The notes beneath the pieces are model-generated. The model had not been told where the DNA came from. It was given only the letters and a program-made list of their open reading frames with translations, and did not search any database. From an uncultured Oscillospiraceae bacterium (GTDB taxonomy: Bacteria > Bacillota > Clostridia > Oscillospirales > Oscillospiraceae), in contig CAJUQD010000010.1 of NCBI GenBank assembly GCA_910588105.1, positions 1,607 through 65,606 on the forward strand: a stretch of DNA of 64,000 nt, read 5' to 3'. The translations under genes and the position numbers were made by a program. Of this stretch, positions 19,370 through 27,361 are shown piece by piece (the stretch's first letter is position 1; every line of letters begins with the position of its first letter).

Positions 19370-19665
19370 TCCGCGCTGCTCACGACGGCTCCGCGCTTCT
19401 TGCTGTCACGCTCCGCCTGTTCGCCACGCGCGGCTTCCCTCCGTCTCAAGCAAAACCCGCCCAACTGCGTTGGCCTGGGCTTTTGCTTTCGCTCCGCTCC
19501 ATCCGCGCTGCTCACGACGGCTCCGCGCTTCTTACTGTCACGCTCCGCCTGTTCGCCACGCGCGGCTTCCCTCCGCCTCAAGCAAAACCCATCCAACTGC
19601 GTTGGCCTGGGCTTTTGCTTTCGCTCCGCTCCATCCGCGCTGCTCACGACGGCTCCGCGCTTCTT
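19370..19665. repeat. 132-bp tandem repeat, about 2.25 copies (family A)
   Basis: tccgcgctgctcacgacggctccgcgcttctt starts at 19370, 19502 and 19634; the two full units differ at about 4 positions. Confidence 0.95.
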
Positions 19666-20687
19666 TATAACATCTGCCTGCTCCGCGAGATATTCATGGT
19701 CCCGTCCTGCATCTCGTTCACCCAGTCCAGGCTGCGCCCGGTGCCGTGGGCCACGCAGGAGATGGCGTCGTCGGCCACAAAGGTCTCGATGCCGGTGTGG
19801 GACTCGATGAGCTTGTCAAAGCCCCAGACCAGCGACCCGCCGCCGGTCATGATAATGCCGTTGCTGGAGATATCGGCCACCAGCTCGGGGGGGGTGCGCT
19901 CCAGCACGCCGTGGATGGCCTCCAAAATGCGGGAGCAGGGCTCCTCGAAGGCCTCGATCATCTCGCTGGAGGTGACGGAGAACACCCGGGGCAGGCCGGT
20001 CATCAGGCAGCGGCCCTTGACCTCCATGGAGATCTCCTCCGGCCGGGGGAACACGCAGCCGATGGTCATTTTCAGCTCCTCCGCGGTGCGGTCGCCGATG
20101 AGGACGTTGTGCCGCTTGCGGATGTACTTGATGACCGCCTCGCTGAAGGCGTCGCCGGCCACCTTGATGGAGGCGGACTCCACGATGCCGGACAGGGAGA
20201 TCACGGCGATATCGGCGGTTCCGCCGCCGATATCCACCACCATATGGCCGTCGGGCTGGGTGATATCCACCCCCGCGCCGATGGCGGCGGCCAAGGGCTC
20301 CTCGATGAGGTACACCCGCCGGGCACCGGCCTGGATGCCCGCGTCAATGACGGCGCGCTCCTCCACCTCGGTGATGCCGGAGGGCACGCAGATAACCACC
20401 CGGGGCTTGAACACCCGCACGGGGGCCACCTTGCGGATGAACTCCCGCAGCATCCGTTCGGTCATATCGTAGTCGGAGATAACGCCCTCCCGCAGGGGAC
20501 GGATGGCCACAATGTTGCCGGGGGTCTTGCCCAGCATCTGCTGGGCCTCGGTGCCCACCTTGAGCAGCTTGCCGGTATTTTTATCCAGCGCCACCACCGA
20601 CGGTTCCCGCAACACGATACCCTTGTCCTTGATATACACCAGCACGCTGGCGGTGCCCAAATCAATACCGATATCTCTTGCAAACAT
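19665..20687 (-). CDS. mbl: rod shape-determining protein, MreB family (Mbl-type)
   Basis: MFARDIGIDLGTA, EPSVVA, RPLREGVI, EEPLAAAIGAG, DIGGGT, TGGG. Confidence 0.88.
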   Translation of the reverse strand: MFARDIGIDLGTASVLVYIKDKGIVLREPSVVALDKNTGKLLKVGTEAQQMLGKTPGNIVAIRPLREGVISDYDMTERMLREFIRKVAPVRVFKPRVVICVPSGITEVEERAVIDAGIQAGARRVYLIEEPLAAAIGAGVDITQPDGHMVVDIGGGTADIAVISLSGIVESASIKVAGDAFSEAVIKYIRKRHNVLIGDRTAEELKMTIGCVFPRPEEISMEVKGRCLMTGLPRVFSVTSSEMIEAFEEPCSRILEAIHGVLERTPPELVADISSNGIIMTGGGSLVWGFDKLIESHTGIETFVADDAISCVAHGTGRSLDWVNEMQDGTMNISRSRQML

Positions 20688-20797
20688 AGTTTTCACTCCT
20701 GTGTATAGATACTGCGCCGGGCCCCATCTGTGTGAAGTCTGCCCCAAAAGCGCCCTGTGTAATCATCCCCAAAAACCCATTACGGGTATACTCACTA

Positions 20798-20826
20798 ATC
20801 ATACCCGACATTTCTTGATTTTGCAA
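20798..20826 (-). promoter_or_regulatory. sigma-A-like promoter for mbl
   Basis: TTGCAA-17 nt-TATGAT on the minus strand. Confidence 0.55.
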
Positions 20827-21002
20827 GCCCTTTTCCCCTCAGAATGCCTTAATTTTTCATAAGCTTTTCCATGCGCCGCTTAAAACTGGCGCCGTCCCCC
20901 ACCGGCCGGGGATCCTTTTGCCCTGCGGGGAGGGGGGAGTCCCTGCCGGGCATGCCGGATAGGCGTAATTGGGCCCCTGAAATCTGCCGGAACAAACATT
21001 TC

Positions 21003-21035
21003 GCCCCCAGCCGTCCTACATCCGCGGCTGGGGGC
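21003..21035 (-). terminator. hairpin closing the orphan transcription unit
   Basis: gcccccagccg...cggctgggggc, 11-bp stem. Confidence 0.7.
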
Positions 21036-21293
21036 TTACTTCTGGGTCAGATTGTCCAAGGGCCTCTACCTTCACTTTCTTCCGATCTATCGGATATTTT
21101 GCGTTGGGGTTCCGCCTGAAACTAATGTCTCCCTGTTTCCTCAAACAATAGTGGGCTTCAGACTTGATCTGGCTTCCTTCGCTTGCTTAAGCGTGTTTGG
21201 AACGGGCCGAGGCTTTGTTTCACTTTGCGTCTCCCAATCGCGAAAAGAGTGGTGCGTTCTACGTTAGTACATTGGACTCACCTTTTCCTTTCT
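21003..21293 (-). ncRNA. candidate small RNA, or decayed 78-codon gene
   Basis: Lies between a near-consensus promoter and a terminator; about 48% GC; RBS followed by ATG-TAC-TAA; no intact sense ORF; several possible stems. Confidence 0.4.
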
Positions 21294-21299
21294 GTCTGT

Positions 21300-21328
21300 A
21301 TTGTACGATAATCACTCAGTTTTGTCAA
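21300..21328 (-). promoter_or_regulatory. strong sigma-A promoter
   Basis: TTGACA-17 nt-TACAAT. Confidence 0.8.
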
Positions 21329-21351
21329 CCCCTTTTTGTGATATTTTCAAA

Positions 21352-21387
21352 AAATTTTCGCCGGTTCCGCCTCAGCGGAACCGGCGC
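21352..21387 (-). terminator. terminator at the end of the phage-like operon
   Basis: cgccggttccgc-4 nt-gcggaaccggcg, followed by aaaattttttg on the minus strand. Confidence 0.8.
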
Positions 21388-21392
21388 GGCCC

Positions 21393-21989
21393 TCACTCCT
21401 CCTCGTCCTCAAACCCATCGTTCTCGGTGGCCAGCCCGTACCAGCTCAGGCCGGAGCCCGCCACCTCTCCCCAGGTGGGGTGGCGGTTAGCCACCATGGC
21501 CCAGGTGGTATACCAGAACGCGTAGGTGATGTCCAGGTGGCTTGGCAGGATCTCCTCTATGATGGCCCTCAGCCGTTCAAAGCCCTCGGGTATGCCCGCC
21601 ACGTTGGGAAAGCGCACCTTCACATACCCTGGCCGGCCCGTCTCCTCCGCCCTGGCGTTGAGGCCGCAGCCCAGCAGGGTGTCGTTGATAGCCTCAGGGG
21701 TGAAGCTGTCCCCGCCGATGCGCAGCAGGGCGGCCAGCGCCTCCCGCCGCTGCCGGGCGGTCTGGCACACCGGGCGGTAGGGCAGCAGCGCCTCGATCCG
21801 TTCCAGCCCGAAGTCCCTGGCCGTAGTCAGACTCATCTCCCGGGCGGTGTGGTCCAGCTCCTCCCCCGCCCCGTCCAGCGCCCGGCCATAGGCGGCCAGC
21901 TCCCCCCGGTTGATGGTTCCCGGCTGCAGGTCGTACACCCCCAGAGGCCGCAGCAGCGCCGCCAGGTATTCCTCATAGCCCAGTGTCAT
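21393..21989 (-). CDS. baseplate wedge protein (YmfQ/DUF2313, Mu gp48-like)
   Basis: Follows baseplate J with an ATGA overlap; TTARDFGLERIE and IEEILPSHLDI motifs. Confidence 0.75.
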   Translation of the reverse strand: MTLGYEEYLAALLRPLGVYDLQPGTINRGELAAYGRALDGAGEELDHTAREMSLTTARDFGLERIEALLPYRPVCQTARQRREALAALLRIGGDSFTPEAINDTLLGCGLNARAEETGRPGYVKVRFPNVAGIPEGFERLRAIIEEILPSHLDITYAFWYTTWAMVANRHPTWGEVAGSGLSWYGLATENDGFEDEEE

Positions 21990-23053
21990 GGATTCTCCTC
22001 CCCGCCGCCGGCGATGGACAGCTCCCCCAGCACCGGCAGCGTCACGTTGTCCAGGGACAGATCCGCCGCCGGCACCGCCAGCCGGCAGTTGGCCACCCCG
22101 TCCACGCCGTAGATGAGGGAGATGAGCTGGGCCCGGGGCAGGGGCCGTCCCAGCCGCTCCCCGCTGAACCAGCCCTCCAGCCGCTGCCGCACCGCCGCGG
22201 CCACCTCCCCATAGTCCCGGCCCTCCTGCACCCACAGCGTCACCGACACATCCACCGTCTCCACCGTGGGCGGCAGCACCTTCACGTCCACCGCGATCTC
22301 CCGCACCCGGTCAAAATAATCCTGTATCGCCGCCAGCAGCGCCTGGTCGGGCACGCCCCCCTGGGCGGCGGGCACCACGTCCACCGTGCCCACCCCCCGG
22401 TTCCGGGGAAGCACCGTCACCGCCGCCACCCCGTCGAAGGACATGGCCGCCTGATGGTAAAAGGCGTTATTGGCCCCGTTGGCCAGCCGGGTGAATGTGG
22501 CCAGCACCCGCTCCCGCAGCGCCTCGTCCTCCTCCTGCTCCCTGCCCCCGGCCAGGGGCTCCGGATTGGCGCAGGCCACGATGCCCGCGGGGGGCAGGGC
22601 CATGTATACGATAGTCCCCTGCCCCACGTTGCCCGCCGTCCCGGCCTCCACTGCGGTCACCGCCACCTCGCAGAACAGTTCCCCCGGGGCCACCGCCCCG
22701 TCTGTATCCGTGGTGAAGCGCAGCCCGCCCGCCGTCATGCACACCGTCCCCCGGGGCACTTCTGTGGCCGTCTCCCCAGCCCTGTCCACATAGAACCGCA
22801 CCGTCCCCGCCGCCGGGGCGGCCATACGCCGGGTGACGCCCCGTAATTTTGCGTGTTTGTCCAGCTCCTCCCCCTGGGCCGTCTGGGGGAAACACTGCCG
22901 CCGGGTCCACTCCGCCTGGACGTACAGGCTGTACAGCTGGGCAGCCACCGCGTAAAAGCGCACCGCCAGCTCGCTGTTCCCCCCGGCGCTCTGCCCGGTC
23001 TGGGCCTGGAACTGGGCCGCCAGCCCCTGATAGATCTCCTCCAACGTGATCAC
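21986..23053 (-). CDS. baseplate J / Mu gp47-like wedge protein
   Basis: FPQTAQGEELD, A.GTVRF, AVEAGTAGN, GGREQEEDEALRER, RGVGTVDV. Confidence 0.92.
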   Translation of the reverse strand: MITLEEIYQGLAAQFQAQTGQSAGGNSELAVRFYAVAAQLYSLYVQAEWTRRQCFPQTAQGEELDKHAKLRGVTRRMAAPAAGTVRFYVDRAGETATEVPRGTVCMTAGGLRFTTDTDGAVAPGELFCEVAVTAVEAGTAGNVGQGTIVYMALPPAGIVACANPEPLAGGREQEEDEALRERVLATFTRLANGANNAFYHQAAMSFDGVAAVTVLPRNRGVGTVDVVPAAQGGVPDQALLAAIQDYFDRVREIAVDVKVLPPTVETVDVSVTLWVQEGRDYGEVAAAVRQRLEGWFSGERLGRPLPRAQLISLIYGVDGVANCRLAVPAADLSLDNVTLPVLGELSIAGGGEENP

Positions 23054-23057
23054 AATC

Positions 23058-23408
23058 TCACTCCTCCAACCGCGCCGTCACCGCCAGCGGCCCGCCTTGC
23101 CACAGCAGCTCCGCCGTCACCCAAAGTCCGTCCCGCTCCCGGCTCACCCGGGCCCCGGTGACGCTCACACCGTCCAGCCCGTCCAGCGCCTCCGCCGCAT
23201 ATTGCAGGGCCAAGCTCTCCCAGTCGGAGGGCCTGGCCCGCCGCAGGGCATCCATCCGGCTGCCCAGTCGGGGCAGAAAAGGGAAGCTTCCCCGCCGGGC
23301 GGTGAGCCGGAAGAGCACCTCGCCCATCAGCGCCTCCCCGTCCCGGACGACGGCCACCCCGCCGTTGCCATCGGCGGCGTAATCCCTGTTTGTCAACAGC
23401 AGCCCCAT
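23058..23408 (-). CDS. sheath initiator (Mu gp46/gp25-like)
   Basis: 116 aa; RLTARRGSFPF..LGSR and QYAAEAL; position between spike and J. Confidence 0.65.
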   Translation of the reverse strand: MGLLLTNRDYAADGNGGVAVVRDGEALMGEVLFRLTARRGSFPFLPRLGSRMDALRRARPSDWESLALQYAAEALDGLDGVSVTGARVSRERDGLWVTAELLWQGGPLAVTARLEE

Positions 23409-23409
23409 C

Positions 23410-23829
23410 TCATCCGCCTCCCAGCAGTTCCATCACAATCCGGGCGATCAGCTCCTCCAGCTTTTCCCCGTTGACATATACCTCTCCGTCCAGGCTCACC
23501 CGTTCTCCCTGGAGCCCGGCGCCCTCATGGCCGCTGATGCCCACCCAATTTCCCTCCAGTGCCAGCCGCCGGGCCTGTATGTCCACCTTGTCGGGCGTCC
23601 CGCCGTCCTGCCTCGCCCCCACCACGCAGGGGATCTCCCCCCTGCCCTGGATGACCAGCACCCGCTGGCCCACTTTGGGCGTCCAGTAATAGCCTGCCGG
23701 GGAGTACACCTGTAAGCCCCGCCGCTCGCTGTCCAGCAGCACCGCCGTCTCCCCGCCGCTCATAGTGACGATACCGGTCTGTCCCTCCCCCTGCTCGGCG
23801 GGCCGTTTATGCTGTCCGCTCATCCACAT
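23410..23829 (-). CDS. baseplate spike (Mu gp45-like)
   Basis: SPAGYYWTPKVGQRVLVI OB-fold-like motif and beta-rich C-terminus (VSLDGEVYVNG). Confidence 0.6.
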   Translation of the reverse strand: MWMSGQHKRPAEQGEGQTGIVTMSGGETAVLLDSERRGLQVYSPAGYYWTPKVGQRVLVIQGRGEIPCVVGARQDGGTPDKVDIQARRLALEGNWVGISGHEGAGLQGERVSLDGEVYVNGEKLEELIARIVMELLGGG

Positions 23830-23842
23830 GAAAACCAGCCCC

Positions 23843-24796
23843 TCATATCATAGAATCCACGTCCCCGAGTACCAGCGTGGTCGCCACGCCCCCGCCGCCG
23901 CAGCACACCTCGGTCTGGGCCGCGCGGAACAGGCCGTTGGCGCCGAAATCCCGCAGCTCCACCCGCACCAGCTCCCCCGGCCAGGCTAAAAACGCCCCGG
24001 CGGCGGTGAGTCTCATGCGCACCCGCTCCCGGCGGGCGGCCCGCAGCTGGTAGTCGGCGGTGTAGCGCATGGCGGCGGTCCCCGTGGTGTTGGGGACGGT
24101 GACCACCCGCCGCGCCCGGCCCCCCTGGGCCAGGAACGCCGGGTCGGACACCCACTGGGTGCCCCAGGTAGTCCGCCGCCGCACCGCCACCTGGCTGAGC
24201 ACCCCGTGGCGCTCCTCCCGGTACTCCCAGCCGGTCACCCCATCCCCTTCCCGGATGCGCAGCTCTCCCCCGTCCCCGGGCGGGTCCAGCAGCAGCCGCC
24301 CCCGCCGGTCAAACCGGGGCACCACCCCGCCGTAGTAGCAGGCGTACCGCCGCACCACGCTCCATTCGCTCTCCCCGCTGGCCACAGTGAAGCCGCTGAC
24401 GGCGGGCAGGCGCTCTCCCCCCGCCGCCTCCACGCCGTAGGGGGCCACGTGCCCGGCCACGATGTCCGCCCGGGTGCACCTCTGGTATTCGGCTGGCATG
24501 GCCTCGTTGTCCAGCAGCAGGGCGGCCATCCCCCGGCCGGACAGCTCCAGATACAGCCCGTCCTTCCCGCAGATCACGGCGAACTCGTCCACCACCCCCG
24601 TGAACACCCGCTCCCCCTCCCACTGGGCAAAGAAGCGGCAGGCGGCGGAAAGCGCCCTCTCCTGTCCCCGCTCCCACAGGCAGCGCACAAAAAAGCTGTC
24701 GCAGGGGGTGTCGGTTCCATAGCAAAATTTCCAGCTCACGGCGGTGGGCAGCTCCAGCTCCCCGCCGTCCCCCAGCCCCACCCAGCACTTTATCAC
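23843..24796 (-). CDS. baseplate hub (Mu gp44/P2 gpD-like)
   Basis: 317 aa; GTGA overlap with the LysM gene; FTGVVDE, LSGRG..ALLLD, GESEW and PGELVRV motifs. Confidence 0.7.
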   Translation of the reverse strand: MIKCWVGLGDGGELELPTAVSWKFCYGTDTPCDSFFVRCLWERGQERALSAACRFFAQWEGERVFTGVVDEFAVICGKDGLYLELSGRGMAALLLDNEAMPAEYQRCTRADIVAGHVAPYGVEAAGGERLPAVSGFTVASGESEWSVVRRYACYYGGVVPRFDRRGRLLLDPPGDGGELRIREGDGVTGWEYREERHGVLSQVAVRRRTTWGTQWVSDPAFLAQGGRARRVVTVPNTTGTAAMRYTADYQLRAARRERVRMRLTAAGAFLAWPGELVRVELRDFGANGLFRAAQTEVCCGGGGVATTLVLGDVDSMI

Positions 24797-25368
24797 GCGA
24801 TTCTCACCCTCTGTCCCACATAAATCAGGTTGGGGTTGCGGATGTCCGGGTTGAGCTCCACAAGCCGTTCCAGCGCCGCGCCGTACTGCTGGGCGATCCC
24901 CCACAGGGTGTCCCCCTTTGCCACAATGTGCCACCGGCCCTGGGCGTCCTTCCCGCCCTGGCCGGCTCCGGCGCTGTCCGCCCCTGGCCTGGCGGACAGC
25001 GTCCCCTCCCCGTCCCCGTCCACAACCTCCCAAAACTCAAAGGAATACGCCACGTAGTCCCGCCTTGGCTCCTGCCGCAGCTCCAGCCCGGCGAACCACG
25101 CCGTGGTGGTCATCCATACCGGGTGGACCAGCACCCCCGGCGTCTCCTCATAGAATATGCTGGCCAGCGCCTTGAACGTTTCATAGGCCCTCTCCCCGGC
25201 AAATTCCCCCTGGCCCCTGAGCACCCGCCTGGTCTGCCCCAGGCTCTGCACCCTGTACCTGCCGAAGGGGATCTTGTGCACCGCCAGCTTCCGTTCGAAG
25301 GCGATGGAATACACCCTGGGGTTGTGGGGCCATACAAAATTTTTAAACCGCATGGGTGAAAGGATCAT
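24793..25368 (-). CDS. tube-initiator-like protein with C-terminal LysM domain
   Basis: N-domain QSLG..RR...GEF...PGVLVHP; C-terminal HIVAKGDTLWGIAQQYG...NPDIRNPNLIYVGQRVRI LysM. Confidence 0.8.
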   Translation of the reverse strand: MILSPMRFKNFVWPHNPRVYSIAFERKLAVHKIPFGRYRVQSLGQTRRVLRGQGEFAGERAYETFKALASIFYEETPGVLVHPVWMTTTAWFAGLELRQEPRRDYVAYSFEFWEVVDGDGEGTLSARPGADSAGAGQGGKDAQGRWHIVAKGDTLWGIAQQYGAALERLVELNPDIRNPNLIYVGQRVRIA

Positions 25369-25443
25369 ACCGTTCTCCCCTCCTGTCGTCATGTCACACC
25401 TCGGAGATTATCCGGCTGCTCCGGGCGCTCCGCGCTTCTGCGC

Positions 25444-26268
25444 TCAGAATATGGACATGCCGCCGTCATACCGCCGGCTGTCCCGCCGCACCGCCCGGTC
25501 CAGCTCGTCCACGGTGAGCTGCCTGGGCGCATCCCTCTCGTCCATCCGCACCGTCCGGCCTTCCGGCCCCCCTGCGGCCTGGAGCACGGGCCGGGCCGCC
25601 TGGGCGGTCCGCCGGTACAGTTCCTCCAGCCCCAGCCGCCCGTCCTCCGGCCCCCGGGGGGCGGAGGACGGCAGTTCCCTCTCCCTCCCCCGCCGCGCCC
25701 CCTCCCCCGGCCTCTCCGGCGGAATCGCCTTAAATTCCCCTTCCGGCCATTTCAGCGCCCTGGGTTCATCCCCGGCCTTCCGCCACACCGGGGCTTCGGA
25801 CTGCCGCTCCCCCCCGGCAGGCTCCGGGGGACTTTGCCCCATTTCCTTCTCCGCCGCCCGTACCCCTTCGGCCTCCCAGGCCGCGGCCCGTGGGCCTGCC
25901 GCCCCGTCCGGCCTGCGCGCCATCCAGGTAAGCGCCGGGGCTTCCCCGGCCGTCCGGCCATCCGCCTCCCGCCGTTCCGGCCCGTCCGCCCCTTCCTCCC
26001 GCCAAAGGCTCCGCGCCGCCCCCTCCGGCGGGCCGGACGCACCCTCAGCCCGGTTATCCCCGCCCCTGGGGAGGGACGGCCGCCCGCTCTCCTCCAGCAG
26101 CCCGTCCTCCTCCCCGAAGGACGGCCCATCCCCCGCGCCATCCCCCGCGCCATCCCCCGCTTCCGGCCCGCCTCCGGGGACAGCGGGAACCTCCGTCTCC
26201 AGCTCCAGCTTCGGCCCGTCGCCGTCGCCGTCCGTCTGCTCTTCCACCAGCTCCAGCAGCTCCTCCAC
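25444..26268 (-). CDS. low-complexity protein in the tape-measure position
   Basis: 274 aa, G/P/E/R-rich, with a more ordered-looking C-terminus LTVDELDRAVRRDSRRYDGG; start uncertain. Confidence 0.55.
   Translation of the reverse strand: MEELLELVEEQTDGDGDGPKLELETEVPAVPGGGPEAGDGAGDGAGDGPSFGEEDGLLEESGRPSLPRGGDNRAEGASGPPEGAARSLWREEGADGPERREADGRTAGEAPALTWMARRPDGAAGPRAAAWEAEGVRAAEKEMGQSPPEPAGGERQSEAPVWRKAGDEPRALKWPEGEFKAIPPERPGEGARRGRERELPSSAPRGPEDGRLGLEELYRRTAQAARPVLQAAGGPEGRTVRMDERDAPRQLTVDELDRAVRRDSRRYDGGMSIF
26126..26160. repeat. 12-bp tandem repeat x3 (AGDG)
   Basis: ccatcccccgcg repeated three times. Confidence 0.85.
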
Positions 26269-26272
26269 CCGG

Positions 26273-26566
26273 TCAATCAGCGCCCCCGCCCCCTTTCAGC
26301 TGTTCATACCGCGCCCAGTCAAACCCCTGGTTGACCTCCCAGCTCCCCCTGGGCGCGCCGCACACCGGGCAGGGCTCCTCTTCCGCCTGTGTCCGGCATG
26401 CGGGACACAGCCGGGCCAGCTCCTCCTCCCGGTCCAGCGCCAGGTTGAGGGCGCACCAGAGGTAATCCCGGTCGGTCATCCGTTTCGCCCGCTCCTCGGT
26501 GGGCAGAGCGCCGAACATGCGGAGCACGCGCCACTGAAGGCGCTCATAAGGCGCGTGCTCCAGGCT
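26273..26566 (-). CDS. tail assembly chaperone T segment (-1 frameshift extension) with a Zn-finger
   Basis: The -1 frame from the slippery site reads SLEHAPYERLQWRVLRMFG...CPAC...CPVC. Confidence 0.65.
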   Translation of the reverse strand, partial: SLEHAPYERLQWRVLRMFGALPTEERAKRMTDRDYLWCALNLALDREEELARLCPACRTQAEEEPCPVCGAPRGSWEVNQGFDWARYEQLKGGGGAD

Positions 26567-26895
26567 TTTTTTCGCCGCTCGATCTCCTGTTCCCCGTCCA
26601 GGGCGGAGGGGTTGTGCTCCCGGTTAAACGCCGCCCAGGCGTCGGACAGCCGGGCGATATCCTCCACCCGCAGCCCCTCCAGCGCCGCCGCGCCGTCGCT
26701 AAACACGGCCTTTCCGTGCCGTTCCAGCGCCTTGGCAATGAGGCAGGCGTTGCGGCAGAGCGCCCGTTCCCTGCCGTCCCGGGCCAGCCCGTCCCCCTCC
26801 CGGCGGGCGTCCAGCACCTCCCGTGCGGACAGCAGCCGCAGCCGGCCCTCCTTCACCCTCACCCCGTCGGGGCCGTTCCAGAAACCGCCCCCCAT
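26476..26895 (-). CDS. tail assembly chaperone G
   Basis: 139 aa directly after the tail tube; contains CGA AAA AAA GCC. Confidence 0.65.
   Translation of the reverse strand: MGGGFWNGPDGVRVKEGRLRLLSAREVLDARREGDGLARDGRERALCRNACLIAKALERHGKAVFSDGAAALEGLRVEDIARLSDAWAAFNREHNPSALDGEQEIERRKKAWSTRLMSAFSGACSACSALCPPRSGRNG
26565..26572 (-). promoter_or_regulatory. programmed -1 ribosomal frameshift site
   Basis: In-frame A AAA AAA G; the -1 frame stays open for 97 further codons. Confidence 0.65.
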
Positions 26896-26896
26896 C

Positions 26897-27310
26897 TTAT
26901 GCCGCCGTCTCCATCCGGCGGCGGGCCACCAGGGTGAGCTTTTCCACCACCGTCTTGCCCAGCTGGGCGTCCTCCTCAATGCCGCTCCACTGGCAGTCGG
27001 AGTAGATCACCTTTCGGTCCGGCTTGCAGATCACCAGGGAAAAGTTTCTCATGTCATAGAAGCTCAGCCCGTCGGCAATGGCCTTGTCGGTGGCATACAG
27101 CCGGGTGAGCTGGATCACATAGCTCTGGGGCCCCTGGACGGTGGCCACCGGCTCCTCCTCGCCAAATGCCTCCACGGAGTAGGAGCTGCGGGTGGTCTTG
27201 CAGTTGTAGCTCTGCACCACCGCCACCTTCTGGCCGTCCAGCTCCAGCCAGATATCAGAGCTGGTTGGGAACCCCGCCGCACCCAGCCCCGCGCTGAAAT
27301 TCGTACTCAA
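26897..27310 (-). CDS. tail tube protein
   Basis: 137 aa, beta-rich, immediately after the sheath; strong GAGGAGG RBS; TTG start. Confidence 0.7.
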   Translation of the reverse strand: MSTNFSAGLGAAGFPTSSDIWLELDGQKVAVVQSYNCKTTRSSYSVEAFGEEEPVATVQGPQSYVIQLTRLYATDKAIADGLSFYDMRNFSLVICKPDRKVIYSDCQWSGIEEDAQLGKTVVEKLTLVARRRMETAA

Positions 27311-27361
27311 TCAAATTCCTCCTCGCATTCACAATGGTTCCGCGCCGTCCGCTTCTCCACG

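Noticed and set aside
19370..19665. Possible CRISPR array (a 32-bp motif three times)
   Set aside because: The intervening 100-bp segments are near-identical to each other and too long for spacers; no cas genes or leader. It is a tandem repeat.
21052..21267. 71-aa plus-strand ORF
   Set aside because: No RBS, atypical codons, and antisense to a clear minus-strand promoter/terminator unit.
21303..21314. GATTATCGTA resembling the rlmH 3' end (GATTATCATA) as a second att site
   Set aside because: Only 9 of 10 bp match, it lies inside a promoter, and it is compatible with chance.
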